Assembly (NCBI GenBank): GCA_949287655.1
Contig: CASEHD010000009.1
Span: 96,223 to 160,222 of the forward strand
DNA: 64,000 nucleotides
Direction: 5' to 3'
Origin: an uncultured Christensenella sp.
Lineage (GTDB): Bacteria; Bacillota; Clostridia; Christensenellales; UBA3700
The translations under genes were made by a program, and so were the position numbers. Below, one piece after another: positions 18,442-27,950 of this stretch (the first letter of the stretch is position 1; the number at the start of each line of letters is the position of its first letter). The notes below the pieces were generated by a model that saw only the letters and a program-made list of their open reading frames with translations, was not told the origin of the DNA and did not search any database.

Positions 18442-19457
18442 TTCTTCTTCTTACCGCCGTCGGCAGGAGCTTCCGCGCCGCTTACGAGCGAATTTCTCAT
18501 CGCGGTATCCGCCTGGATGTTCTGCATACGGTAATAGTCGAAAACGCCTATCTTGCCTTCTCTGAGAGCCTCAGCCATAGCCTTGGGGACCTCGGCTTCC
18601 GCGGCGATGACGTTAGCCCTCATCTCCTGCGACTTAGCCTTCATTTCCTGTTCAAGCGCGACCGCCATTGCGCGGCGCTCTTCCGCCTTCGCTTCCGCTA
18701 TGCGTTTATCCGCTTCCGCCTGGTCCATCTGCAGCTGCGCGCCGATGTTTCTGCCGACGTCGATATCCGCGATATCTATCGACAGTATCTCGAACGCGGT
18801 GCCGTTGTCCAGACCTTTGTTGAGAACGGTCTTGGAGATCTGATCGGGATTTTCAAGAACGTCCTTATGGCTGTCCGCAGAGCCGACCGTGGTGACGATA
18901 CCCTCGCCTATTCTCGCGATTATCGTATCTTCGCCTGCGCCGCCGATAAGACGGGTGATATTGGCGCGGACGGTGACTCTCGCTTTGACCCTGAGTTCGA
19001 TACCGTCTTTTGCTATCGCTGAAATGCCCGGGGTCTCGATGACCTTGGGGTTGACGGACACTTTGACCGCGTTCAGCACGTCTCTGCCCGCGAGGTCGAT
19101 CGCTCTCGCCGTTTCGGGAGCGAGCTGGATATTCGCGCTGTGCGCGCTTATCAGAGCGTTGACAACCTTTATCGCGTCGCCTTTTGCGAGCACGTGCGTT
19201 TCAAGCTCGTCGATAGTGACGTCGAGTCCCGCTTTCATCGCGCTTATATAAGCGTCGACGATCGTCGCGACCTTGACGCCTCTCCACTTCATACCGATAA
19301 GCCTTGCCATTGAGACTTTGACGCCCGATACGAGCGCCCTGAACCATATTCTTATCGGCAGTACCCCGAGAATTATCGCGAGCAGTACCAGAACGACTAC
19401 GACCGCTATGATTATCGCCGTGATCGAGCCCGCCGTCATCGCCAGAAGCGTTAACAT
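18438..19457 (-). CDS. floA: Flotillin-like protein FloA (UPF0365/SPFH family)
   Basis: Collinear with the B. subtilis FloA sequence as I remember it. Shared strings include [45 protein letters not shown]...GS...[63 protein letters not shown] and [20 protein letters not shown]. Confidence 0.95.
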   Translation of the reverse strand: MLTLLAMTAGSITAIIIAVVVVLVLLAIILGVLPIRIWFRALVSGVKVSMARLIGMKWRGVKVATIVDAYISAMKAGLDVTIDELETHVLAKGDAIKVVNALISAHSANIQLAPETARAIDLAGRDVLNAVKVSVNPKVIETPGISAIAKDGIELRVKARVTVRANITRLIGGAGEDTIIARIGEGIVTTVGSADSHKDVLENPDQISKTVLNKGLDNGTAFEILSIDIADIDVGRNIGAQLQMDQAEADKRIAEAKAEERRAMAVALEQEMKAKSQEMRANVIAAEAEVPKAMAEALREGKIGVFDYYRMQNIQADTAMRNSLVSGAEAPADGGKKKK

Positions 19458-19476
19458 GTTATTGATCCCTCCAAAT

Positions 19477-20010
19477 CTATTCTTTTATTTTAACCACAAT
19501 TTTGCCGCCTTCGACGTAATCGACGACGACTTTGCAGTCTTTTGCTATAAACATCGCGTTGGATACGACGTCGTAAATCTTGCCGTCTATCTTAACGCTG
19601 CCCGCCGGGCGCAGTGCGCAGAGCGTAACGCCCTCTTTGCCGACCAGGTCGTCGTAATCCTCAGTGCCGGCGGTATGTCCCGTAGACACGGCGGTATCCT
19701 TATTCACGAAACCCGTGCGCGAAAGATAACCGCGTTTCATTGAAAACACCATGCACGCGAACGCCGCCACAAGGACGAGCATCACGACAGCAAGCAGTAT
19801 AAACAACTGTATGATCGGATTGCCGCCTCCGTGGTTGTAAACGCGTATAACGATGCCGACGATAACGAGCACAGAACCCGTTATGCCGAAGAACCCGAAT
19901 CCCGGCTGGAAGATCTCAACGACGATAAAGATAAGCCCCACTATGAGACATATCGCCGCCGCCCAGCCTATTTCAGAGAACACCAAAGCGAATTCCTGCC
20001 AGAAAGTCAT
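19477..20010 (-). CDS. nfeD: NfeD family membrane protein (short form, C-terminal OB-fold)
   Basis: Has 3-4 TM segments, then [54 protein letters not shown] (NfeD C-terminal domain). It lies directly upstream of floA. I prefer the ATG at 20010 (GGAGGT RBS) over 20121. Confidence 0.85.
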   Translation of the reverse strand: MTFWQEFALVFSEIGWAAAICLIVGLIFIVVEIFQPGFGFFGITGSVLVIVGIVIRVYNHGGGNPIIQLFILLAVVMLVLVAAFACMVFSMKRGYLSRTGFVNKDTAVSTGHTAGTEDYDDLVGKEGVTLCALRPAGSVKIDGKIYDVVSNAMFIAKDCKVVVDYVEGGKIVVKIKE

Positions 20011-20188
20011 CTTTTCATTTACCTCCGCAACGCGCCTGCGCGTTATCATAATATTATAATACAGTAAGAGCGCCGCCTTGTCAATAGCCTTCTCTTTATG
20101 CCGGCGCATATCCGAAAACAAAGTTTTTATTTGCAGCGGGAATAAAAAAGCGGCGGAAAATTCCGCCGCAAAACGATATCGTTATGTA

Positions 20189-21001
20189 TTACCCCAAGAA
20201 AGCTTTGTACGCCGGATCGAGCAGCTGATGCGGGAAAAGCTCAAGCATTCTCAGCATGCCGCTGTTCTTGACTTTGTAACGCGCCTTCGGCTTCTTCTTA
20301 TTCAGCGCCTTCATCGTTGCCTTTACGAGATGCTTGGGGTCGTGAGCGTTTTTCAGCTCGTGCTCCATTATCGGTTTCATCTTATTGAGTATCTTCTTAT
20401 AAAGCTTCGTTCCCTCGTAAAGAGCCGTGAAAGATGCGGAAGCGCTGTCGTGCATACGCGTCTTAAAGGACCCCGGAACGATCTGAACGACGGGAATACC
20501 GACGAACATCAGCTCTCTTCTGAGGCTGTCGCAGTACGCGTCGACGGCATATTTCGACATCGTGTAAGGACCGTTGAACGGCTGCGGGGTGAGATATCCG
20601 CATTCAGAACCGCAATTGATTATCCTGCCTTTGCCTTTCATTACCATATCTATGAAAGTACGGTTCACTCTCACCATACCCATCACGTTGATTTTAAGGC
20701 TCTTTTCGACCAGTTCGACACAATCGCCTTCGATCATCGAGCACATCTTCTGGTAGCCCGCAAAATTTATTACGGCGTCGAGTTTATCGGTAACTTTGAG
20801 TATCTCTTCTTTTGCCTTGTCGAGGTCTTCCTGTATCACGACGTCGCATGACATCGGGACCATGTTTTCGATTTTTGAAAGTTCTTCCAGTTCTTTCTTG
20901 TTTCTTCCAAGGGCGAACACCGTCCAACCGTTCTTAGTCATCTCTCTGGCGACCACGCCGCCGAGACCGCCGGTCACGCCGGTAAATACTGCATATTTCA
21001 T
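20189..21001 (-). CDS. Short-chain dehydrogenase/reductase (SDR) family oxidoreductase
   Basis: TGVTGGLGG cofactor motif at the N-terminus, and a catalytic YTMSK (YxxxK). I prefer the ATG at 21001 with a GGAGGTG RBS. Confidence 0.85.
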   Translation of the reverse strand: MKYAVFTGVTGGLGGVVAREMTKNGWTVFALGRNKKELEELSKIENMVPMSCDVVIQEDLDKAKEEILKVTDKLDAVINFAGYQKMCSMIEGDCVELVEKSLKINVMGMVRVNRTFIDMVMKGKGRIINCGSECGYLTPQPFNGPYTMSKYAVDAYCDSLRRELMFVGIPVVQIVPGSFKTRMHDSASASFTALYEGTKLYKKILNKMKPIMEHELKNAHDPKHLVKATMKALNKKKPKARYKVKNSGMLRMLELFPHQLLDPAYKAFLG

Positions 21002-21239
21002 AACACACCTCCGTCCACACATTCCGACTTTCGTCGGACAACATAATAATTATAAATTTACCGCAGAGTTTTGTCAAACTTTTAACAACGGATTTTGACA
21101 CGTTCTGCCGCGTTTGTATAATATTTTACGTTTTTCATACATTACGCCGAAAATATTCATGTATAATTGCATAAAAACGACTATATGTTATTTAAATCGG
21201 CAGCGTTATGTAAAATCCTTATTTTTTTTAACCTATTCG

Positions 21240-21268
21240 TTGCATAAATATGCGGAGCGGTCTATAAT
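21240..21268 (+). promoter_or_regulatory. Sigma-A type promoter of the amino-acid ABC operon
   Basis: TTGCAT (21240-21245), 17 nt, TATAAT (21263-21268). A GC-rich hairpin CGCGCGG-N9-CCGCGCG follows immediately at the predicted 5' end, ahead of the RBS AAGGAGA. Confidence 0.55.
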
Positions 21269-21312
21269 GTATTCACGCGCGGCAGTTCTGACCGCGCGTA
21301 AGGAGACACTTT

Positions 21313-22185
21313 ATGAAAAAGAAAATCGTTTTGTTTATCGTAATAGCCGTCGTGGCTGCGCTGTCCGTCAGCGTACTGCTGACCGGCTGCACTACCATAG
21401 ATATGTCCAAAGCCGGTCCCGACGAAATTAAGGAATACGGCAAACTCGTAGTAGCCACTTCCCCCGACTTTCCCCCGTTCGAAAATCTCGACCAGGCGGG
21501 TAACGTAGTCGGCTGGGATATCGACGTAGCGCAAGCTCTCGCCGACAAACTTGGCGTCAAGCTCGAAGTTCAGCAGATGGAATTCGACGCGGTGCTCTCT
21601 TCGGTCGCGGCGGGCAAAGTCCACATCGGTATGGCAGGTATAAGCAATACCGAAGAACGCGACAAAAGCGTGGACTTCAGCATGAACGTTTTCAACAGTT
21701 CACAGATGATAATCGTCAGAGAGGACAACACCTCGATAACCGGTCCTATGGATCTCGCCGGCAAGACGGTAGCCGTTCAGGCAGGCACGATCGGCAACTG
21801 GCTGGCTGAAATGGACGAGGACTATGCCTACAATTTTGACGACGACGGCAATGTCCTTCTCGACGAGCCTCTCCTCGGCGAGCCCAGGACCGTTACCAAA
21901 CTTTCCAGCGGACTTATGGCTATCCAGCAGGTCAAGAACGGTCAGGCGGACGCGGTCATTCTGGACAAACTCCCCGCTCAGACGATCGTCGCCAACCTCA
22001 ACGCCGAAGGCGGCGCGCAGCTCAAGATCCTCGAAACCAGCGTTTACGACGACGCGTACGCGTTCGCTATCGGCGAAGGCAATACCGCTCTCAAAGCGTG
22101 GATCGACAGCGCTCTCGAAGAATTGATCGCAGACGGCACTTTCGACGAACTCAACGAAAAGTGGTTCGGATCTTCCGAAGAATAA
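21313..22185 (+). CDS. Amino-acid ABC transporter substrate-binding lipoprotein (type 3 SBP)
   Basis: Signal peptide plus lipobox LLTGC. Also SPDFPPFE, GWDIDVAQALADKLG and AGISNTEERDKSVDFS. Confidence 0.85.
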   Translation: MKKKIVLFIVIAVVAALSVSVLLTGCTTIDMSKAGPDEIKEYGKLVVATSPDFPPFENLDQAGNVVGWDIDVAQALADKLGVKLEVQQMEFDAVLSSVAAGKVHIGMAGISNTEERDKSVDFSMNVFNSSQMIIVREDNTSITGPMDLAGKTVAVQAGTIGNWLAEMDEDYAYNFDDDGNVLLDEPLLGEPRTVTKLSSGLMAIQQVKNGQADAVILDKLPAQTIVANLNAEGGAQLKILETSVYDDAYAFAIGEGNTALKAWIDSALEELIADGTFDELNEKWFGSSEE

Positions 22186-22247
22186 TTCTTTGAATCAAAG
22201 CACGCGCCCGTTTCCGTACCATGCGGAAACGGGCGTAAAAGGTATTT

Positions 22248-22943
22248 ATGAAACTCGATCTAAGTATTATATTCAACGCAAAGACGTTCACGATGCTCCT
22301 TCAGGCGTACGGCTGGACGATATTCATCACCGTGTTTGCGCTTTTAATCGGAATAATTCTGGGCACCCTGCTCGCCGTTTTCAGAGTCATTCCGCAGACA
22401 AACGTTGTCGCAAAGATCCTGAACAAATTCGCGGGCGTCTACGTATCGGTATTCCGCGGCACTCCTTTGATGGTGCAGCTGTTTATCTTCTCGTTCGTCA
22501 TCTTCGCGAACGTCGTGCTCGTCAATTCGACGGTAAGCGCATATCTGATCGCGGTGATAGGCTTCGGTCTCAACTCTGCGGCTTACGTATCCGAAAACAT
22601 ACGCGCGGGCATACTCAGCATTGACAAAGGTCAGATGGAAGCGGGGCGCGCGCTGGGGCTTTCATACGGTCAGACGATGAAAAGCGTCATATTGCCGCAG
22701 GCGGCGAAGAACATAATCCCCCCGCTCGGGAACGAGGCGATAACGCTGGTAAAGGACACGTCGGTCGCGCTGATAATCGGCGTAAACGAATTCTTTACCG
22801 CGATAAAAAACATCACGGCAAGCACCTACAACGTGCTTACCCCTTACCTGTTCGCGGCGGTCGTATACTATATCACGGTCGCGATAATGAACTTCGGACT
22901 TACAAAGCTCGAAAAGAGGCTGAGAAGAAGCGATGCAAGATAA
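22248..22943 (+). CDS. Amino-acid ABC transporter permease (His/Glu/Gln/Arg/opine family)
   Basis: 231 aa with 5 TM. It carries the EAA-type loop [38 protein letters not shown]. Confidence 0.9.
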   Translation: MKLDLSIIFNAKTFTMLLQAYGWTIFITVFALLIGIILGTLLAVFRVIPQTNVVAKILNKFAGVYVSVFRGTPLMVQLFIFSFVIFANVVLVNSTVSAYLIAVIGFGLNSAAYVSENIRAGILSIDKGQMEAGRALGLSYGQTMKSVILPQAAKNIIPPLGNEAITLVKDTSVALIIGVNEFFTAIKNITASTYNVLTPYLFAAVVYYITVAIMNFGLTKLEKRLRRSDAR

Positions 22944-24237
22944 AATATTGAATACGGGCGCAGAAAGCGCAGAAAATAAAGAACCGATAATATCCACCCG
23001 CGGACTGGTCAAAAAGTTTGCCGGCAAAACGGTGCTTCGCGGAATAGACGCGGATATATACGAAGGAGAAAAGGTCGCGGTCATCGGACCGTCCGGAAGC
23101 GGCAAAAGCACGTTCCTGCGCTGTCTCAATCTTCTGGAGATCCCGACCGCAGGCAAGATTTCCTTCGGCGACGACGTCATCTACGAGAGCGATTACTACG
23201 CGCAAAAGGACAAACTGAACGACCTCAAAGACAAAAAACGCGCGTATTTAAGCGGCGCGGACGACGACGAAGTGCGCGCTCTCGAAAGCCGCGAAAATCA
23301 GCTCAAAATCCAGCTCAAAGACCTGAAAAAGGAATTGGAAGCGCTCAGAACGCACGCAAAGCTTTTAAAGGCAACCTCTTACCGCGAAGGCGCAGCCGAA
23401 GAAGCGGAAAAGACAGAGCGTCGCACCGCGCAGGCGCTCAGGCAAAGAACCGGTATAAAGGCAGAGATAAAGAACGTAAAAGCGGGAATCAAACGCCGCA
23501 AGTCCGTCGTGAAAAGCTCTTTGGACGAGGCGAAGATCGCCGCAATGAACGCGGATATCTCCGCGCAGCGCATAGTTACCTCTTCTTCCCTTTCACGCCA
23601 CAAGAAGTTTATAAAGAAGATGGACAGGACGGTCGACGCACACCGCCGCACGACGGGCATGGTCTTTCAGCATTTCAACCTGTTCAACAATTTAAACGTA
23701 CTGGACAACATCACTCTCGCGCCGGTAAAGACGGGCGTCCTGGAGGTCAGAGCGCGCAGAAAGGCGCTTAAAGCCGCTGCAAAAGCGGGCGACGAAAACG
23801 CGAAAGCCGAGCTGCTCACCCTTCCTCATAAATTGGAAATAATCGAAAACGCGCGCAAGAACGCGTTTGCTCTTCTCGACCGCGTAGGACTTAAGGACAA
23901 AGCTTACGTCTATCCGGCGACCCTTTCGGGCGGGCAGAAACAGCGTATCGCGATAGTACGCGCGCTGGCGATGAACCCGCGCATAATGCTTTTCGACGAG
24001 CCGACTTCCGCGCTCGACCCCGAGATGGTGGGCGAGGTTCTGCAGGTAATCAAACAGCTTGCAGACGACGGCATGACGATGGTCATCGTCACTCACGAAA
24101 TGGGCTTTGCGAGAGAGGTCGCGACCCGCGTGCTTTTCGTCGACGAAGGCAAGATAAAAGAGGACGCGCCGCCCAAAGAACTTTTCGGAAACCCGAAAAA
24201 CGACAGGCTCAAAGAATTTTTGTCAAAGGTGCTTTAA
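22933..24237 (+). CDS. Amino-acid ABC transporter ATP-binding protein carrying a large internal insertion
   Basis: Walker A is GPSGSGKST, the Q-loop region is [10 protein letters not shown], and the signature is [15 protein letters not shown]. Walker B is [11 protein letters not shown] and the H-loop is VTHEMGFA. It is 434 aa versus roughly 240-260 aa for the family. The extra residues (about 85-235) lie between Walker A and the Q-loop. Confidence 0.9.
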   Translation: MQDKILNTGAESAENKEPIISTRGLVKKFAGKTVLRGIDADIYEGEKVAVIGPSGSGKSTFLRCLNLLEIPTAGKISFGDDVIYESDYYAQKDKLNDLKDKKRAYLSGADDDEVRALESRENQLKIQLKDLKKELEALRTHAKLLKATSYREGAAEEAEKTERRTAQALRQRTGIKAEIKNVKAGIKRRKSVVKSSLDEAKIAAMNADISAQRIVTSSSLSRHKKFIKKMDRTVDAHRRTTGMVFQHFNLFNNLNVLDNITLAPVKTGVLEVRARRKALKAAAKAGDENAKAELLTLPHKLEIIENARKNAFALLDRVGLKDKAYVYPATLSGGQKQRIAIVRALAMNPRIMLFDEPTSALDPEMVGEVLQVIKQLADDGMTMVIVTHEMGFAREVATRVLFVDEGKIKEDAPPKELFGNPKNDRLKEFLSKVL

Positions 24238-24272
24238 ATTTTTTGTCTCTATAAAAACGCTGTAAAATACAG

Positions 24273-24302
24273 GCTCCGCACATCGCACGGCGGAGCCTTT
24301 TC
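24273..24302 (+). terminator. Rho-independent terminator of the amino-acid ABC operon
   Basis: GGCTCCGC-N10-GCGGAGCC followed by TTTT. Confidence 0.65.
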
Positions 24303-24332
24303 ATATATATCAAAATATGTGCTAAAATTGTT

Positions 24333-25451
24333 TTACCGGTCGCGAAAGCGCGTTGTTTCTTTCACCTCGCGCGCCCCTCGATCGTCATTCCTTCTCTGCG
24401 AAAAAAGCCATTCCCTCCATCTCTCTTTGCGGTAAAACTTTTTCATCATCTTATGCCCGCCCGTCGGGTACAGGCTGAGCCTTATATCGCATATGTCTTT
24501 CAGTTTTTTATACGCGGTCACATCGCTGTCCGCCGGCACGACTTTATCGTCTGCGGCGTGACCTGCCCATATCTTTGCGCCTCTGAAAGCCGCCGGGTCG
24601 AAAGCTGAGGAATCCGTGTCCGGGAAATACCCCATAAGCGGTATCGCCGCAGCGTAAAAACCGGGGTTGTTGCAGACAGAATACCAGGCGCATGCACCGC
24701 CGTACGATATGCCGGTAACGTAAAGTCTGTCGGTATCTATCGGGTACGTTTGCGCCAGCTTTCCGACAAGACGACCGACCGACATCGTAAATACGTTTAT
24801 CGTCCCGAGGTTGTCCGCTTTAAAATTGCCGCACTGAGGGATAAGGACAAAGCAATCCTCTTTAAGCCTTATGCCTGACGTTTTGAATTCGACAAGCTGC
24901 CTTACGTTGTCGCTCCCCGTGCAGCCCGCCCCGTGAAGATAGATAAGCAGAGGCATTTTTCCGCCACTTTTGCTCTTTTTAAACCTGAAAGGGATCTCTA
25001 TCCCGTTTTCAACGTCGACAAAAGAACACTTTTCATACCCGGGGATAAACGATTTTTTGCGGACTATCGCGTTATCATCGTATGCGTTTTTTATACAACG
25101 CGCTTTTTCTGCGAATTTTTTTATCTCCGCTTCCTGCTTCAATACAACTTTTCTGAACTTTTTTTCGGACATCGTTCCGTATTCGGAAAATCTCCCGTTT
25201 CGAAAATCGACGACATATATCGCTCCGTCGTCGCCGAGCGCGGTCGCGTAATACCACTTCAATATGCCGTCTCTTGCGGAATATTGTTGATTTTCGTTTA
25301 AAAACTGTTTTAAAAGAAGATCGCAGATCTTGTCCTTGTCCTCGTCGTTAAAAGCCGCTAAGGACAGATATTCACGCTCTTCACACAGAAAATCCCGAAA
25401 AATGTTTTTGTCCCTTACCGCAATAAGATATTTCATACTCACATCATCCAA
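24333..25451 (-). CDS. Alpha/beta hydrolase (esterase/peptidase S9-like) with ~130-aa unknown N-terminal domain
   Basis: Contains LLIYLHGAGCTG and the nucleophile elbow GISYGGACAW, plus late D and H residues (HAADDKVV, GGHKM). The start is ambiguous (25451 or 25436); neither has a strong RBS. Confidence 0.65.
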   Translation of the reverse strand: MDDVSMKYLIAVRDKNIFRDFLCEEREYLSLAAFNDEDKDKICDLLLKQFLNENQQYSARDGILKWYYATALGDDGAIYVVDFRNGRFSEYGTMSEKKFRKVVLKQEAEIKKFAEKARCIKNAYDDNAIVRKKSFIPGYEKCSFVDVENGIEIPFRFKKSKSGGKMPLLIYLHGAGCTGSDNVRQLVEFKTSGIRLKEDCFVLIPQCGNFKADNLGTINVFTMSVGRLVGKLAQTYPIDTDRLYVTGISYGGACAWYSVCNNPGFYAAAIPLMGYFPDTDSSAFDPAAFRGAKIWAGHAADDKVVPADSDVTAYKKLKDICDIRLSLYPTGGHKMMKKFYRKERWREWLFSQRRNDDRGAREVKETTRFRDR

Positions 25452-25483
25452 ACAAGCGCGTTTTATCTACACGGGCAGGAAAA

Positions 25484-26974
25484 TTATATCCTTTTCTTTA
25501 TATCTTCCAGGATAGTTATCATTGAGAGGGTGTCCAGCTTGCAGTACTCCCACAGCGCCTTTCTTCTCTCTTCTCTCTCCCGCTCCGACATATTCGGCAG
25601 CATAAGGTAAGTCGCCATAGCGTCCGCGCCGTTGTGCACCGCGCCGACCTCGTAGCCGTGCGCACCCGCCGCGTCCACGCACCTGTATATAGTCTTAAGC
25701 GAACGCGAGCCGAGCGAGTCGCCGTAATACACGGTGTCGCTTGCGAACACCGCGCCTATGTCCCGCACGTTGTTTCTCGCAGTCAAAAGCTTTGCGCGCA
25801 CTTCGGGGAACATCTGCGACAGCTGTCCCAGCACCTTGCATTCGAGGAATTTGCCGAAAGCGAGTATGCAGGAATTCTGCGGGATCTCGTCGGCAAGTCT
25901 TTTCGCGATGGTCTCGCGCGCGTCCTCGCCTTCCTTTGCGAGATAGCCGTAATGCACCGGTTTATCGCCCTCCTTTTCGATCACATGCAGCGAGTACTGA
26001 AACGCGACCGTTTCGAGAGGTCTGACGCCGCGGTAGCGCGGTATGCACGATTGAAGAGACTCGAAGTCGAGGAAACACAGCGGATACCACAGCCCGTCCA
26101 GAAACTTTTTCAGCTCTTTTTTGTCGACTGAGACCGCTCTTTCTTCGTAAAGCTTTATCACGTTGGCGACCTTGGGCTTCAGAATGCCGATATTCGCCTT
26201 CAGATCTTCCATTGAGATTATCCCGTCCGTATACAGCTTATATCTGGTCGCAGAGTCTACCCCGTGCACTGTGAAAAGCGACGGCCGATCCAGCCACTTT
26301 CCGAAACAAGCGTTGAAATATTCGCAGCCGAACTGCCTTTCGCAATTGTGGCAAAGCACCGCTTCAGGCGTATCGTTTTTTTGAACGAACGCGGCGAGCT
26401 CCTCGCAATTTTTCCTTACTTTTTCTTCGTAACGCATAACGCGCTTTGTAAGGTCCATCTTGCGCAGAAGCGCGGATTCTTTTATCTGCTTACCCCTCGT
26501 ATAGTTGGGATCCGTCACGATAAGGGATATCTTTGCGACGTTTACGCCCGCGCGTTTTGCGACGTACGAAAGATATGCCAGCTCTCTTATATAATTTTCT
26601 GAAGGCGCGGTCGCGCATTTGACTACGTAAAAATTCACTCCCTCGTCAAAAGGGACCGCAATATCGAACGTACAGCTGAAATTTTTATAAAGAAGAATTC
26701 CGTCGTAAACCGTCTTGCCCTGAGAAAGCAAGTTTTTAACGCTTTCGGACAGCCCGGTAAGGGTTTTAAAATCGTCCGCGTCGCTGCCCGAAACGACTCC
26801 GCCCGGGAAAAGCGCGCGCGCCAGATAAGCGAGCGCTCTCGTCTCCTGTCTTCTCTGCTGAACGGTCAGACTTAATTTCGCTGCGCCCGGGTCGTTTGCC
26901 TCATATCTCGCGCTGCGACGGCACCTTGTATATTTTACGTATAATCTCTTCGTGATAACGCCCTTGATTGCCAT
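25484..26974 (-). CDS. DUF2779 domain protein (Cas4/PD-(D/E)XK-like N-region plus RNase H-like exonuclease-fold C-region)
   Basis: Cys cluster CHNCERQFGCEYFNAC. The segment FLDFESLQSCIPRYRGVRPLETVAFQYSLHVIEKEG matches my memory of the DUF2779 core (FLDFE...IP...P.Q.IPFQ.SLH). Confidence 0.6.
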   Translation of the reverse strand: MAIKGVITKRLYVKYTRCRRSARYEANDPGAAKLSLTVQQRRQETRALAYLARALFPGGVVSGSDADDFKTLTGLSESVKNLLSQGKTVYDGILLYKNFSCTFDIAVPFDEGVNFYVVKCATAPSENYIRELAYLSYVAKRAGVNVAKISLIVTDPNYTRGKQIKESALLRKMDLTKRVMRYEEKVRKNCEELAAFVQKNDTPEAVLCHNCERQFGCEYFNACFGKWLDRPSLFTVHGVDSATRYKLYTDGIISMEDLKANIGILKPKVANVIKLYEERAVSVDKKELKKFLDGLWYPLCFLDFESLQSCIPRYRGVRPLETVAFQYSLHVIEKEGDKPVHYGYLAKEGEDARETIAKRLADEIPQNSCILAFGKFLECKVLGQLSQMFPEVRAKLLTARNNVRDIGAVFASDTVYYGDSLGSRSLKTIYRCVDAAGAHGYEVGAVHNGADAMATYLMLPNMSEREREERRKALWEYCKLDTLSMITILEDIKKRI

Positions 26975-26982
26975 ACGAATAA

Positions 26983-27011
26983 ATTATAACATATAAAGCT
27001 TCATTTTACAA
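26983..27011 (-). promoter_or_regulatory. Extended -10 promoter abutting the DUF2779 start codon (near-leaderless)
   Basis: Minus strand reads TTGTAA (27011-27006), 17 nt, TGtTATAAT (the TATAAT is at 26988-26983). Only 8 nt separate the -10 from the ATG at 26974, and there is no Shine-Dalgarno. Confidence 0.45.
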
Positions 27012-27186
27012 CTTTTGGCGGCATTAAAGACGACGGCAGCCTGCCTTACGCGTATTTTTTTTACTCATTTAACTATACTTTTGGTTGAAAAAACGCAGAA
27101 TCAGCTAAAATTATAAGTTTACTATTGACTTAATAAAAACCTCGTGTTATCATATCAGTATAAAGGAAAAGGAGGAAAATTCTTTT

Positions 27187-27504
27187 ATGGCAGACGTTGA
27201 CAAAAGCAGATCAAAATTCGACGGCGGAGTGCTGGGCTATATAGGCACCCGTCTCCTCGCCGGATTGATCACGATATGCACGATCTTCATCGGATATCCG
27301 TGGGCGGCATGTATTGTGTACAGGTGGGAGATCAAGCACACGACCATCGACGACAGAAGACTTGTCTTCGACGGCACGGGCGCTCAGCTTTTCGGCTCCT
27401 ACATCAAATGGTTTTTACTTTGTATCATCACGATCGGTATCTACTCTCTGTGGCTTCCGATAAAGATGACTGCGTGGAAGGTAAAGCACACCCGTTTCGC
27501 TTGA
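27187..27504 (+). CDS. Small membrane protein, DUF898 (YjgN-like) type
   Basis: 105 aa with a strong RBS (AAGGAGGAAAA). It has two TM hairpin-like segments in the pattern FDGG.LGYIG..LL..LIT..T.FIGYPWA...YRW....T.ID.RRL.FDG.G..LFG..IKW.LL.IITIGIYSLW. Confidence 0.55.
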   Translation: MADVDKSRSKFDGGVLGYIGTRLLAGLITICTIFIGYPWAACIVYRWEIKHTTIDDRRLVFDGTGAQLFGSYIKWFLLCIITIGIYSLWLPIKMTAWKVKHTRFA

Positions 27505-27543
27505 ACTTAAACGGAGCAAAACACAAATAAGGTAATTACCTGC

Positions 27544-27577
27544 ACGGGCACGTAAATTTACGTGTCCGTAATTTTTT
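27544..27577 (+). terminator. Rho-independent terminator
   Basis: An 11-bp stem ACGGGCACGTA/TACGTGTCCGT (one G-U pair) with a 4-nt loop, followed by AATTTTTT. The 5' arm is an instance of the recurrent ACACGGGCAC-type motif. Confidence 0.7.
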
Positions 27578-27731
27578 AAAAAGGTGCTTTTCGTACCTTT
27601 CTCCGCCGCGCCGCCCGCTTTTATTTCCCCTCCCGCCGCACAGCTCCCGCCGATCGTTCTCGTTTTTTCCGACGCCATATCGACGCGCGTGATTTACAAA
27701 AAATATTTTACATATGTTATGGTTTTAACAG

Positions 27732-27760
27732 TTGGATTTTTAATATCTTTGAATTATAAT
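27732..27760 (+). promoter_or_regulatory. Orphan sigma-A type promoter in a gene-free gap
   Basis: TTGGAT (27732-27737), 17 nt, TATAAT (27755-27760). No annotated gene lies downstream on this strand before the terminator at 27869-27900. Confidence 0.45.
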
Positions 27761-27868
27761 TGCATCGCGATACAAATCATGGAGGGCTGCAACGATACGT
27801 TTGAGATCAATCGCCCCGACATCCGGATTAATCTTTATGCGAGAAACTCAGACGGCGCATAAAAAGGC

Positions 27869-27900
27869 GGGCGCAAAATTTGCGTCCTTTTCTTTTTTAC
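27869..27900. terminator. Bidirectional rho-independent terminator
   Basis: A 7-bp stem GGGCGCA/TGCGTCC with a 5-nt loop, flanked by AAAAA upstream and TTTTCTTTTTT downstream. It serves GH43 on the minus strand and the orphan unit on the plus strand. Confidence 0.6.
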
Positions 27901-27950
27901 CTGTTCCCGCTCAAAAGTTATCCGATCTCCCGCCACGTAAGCCGCTTTAT

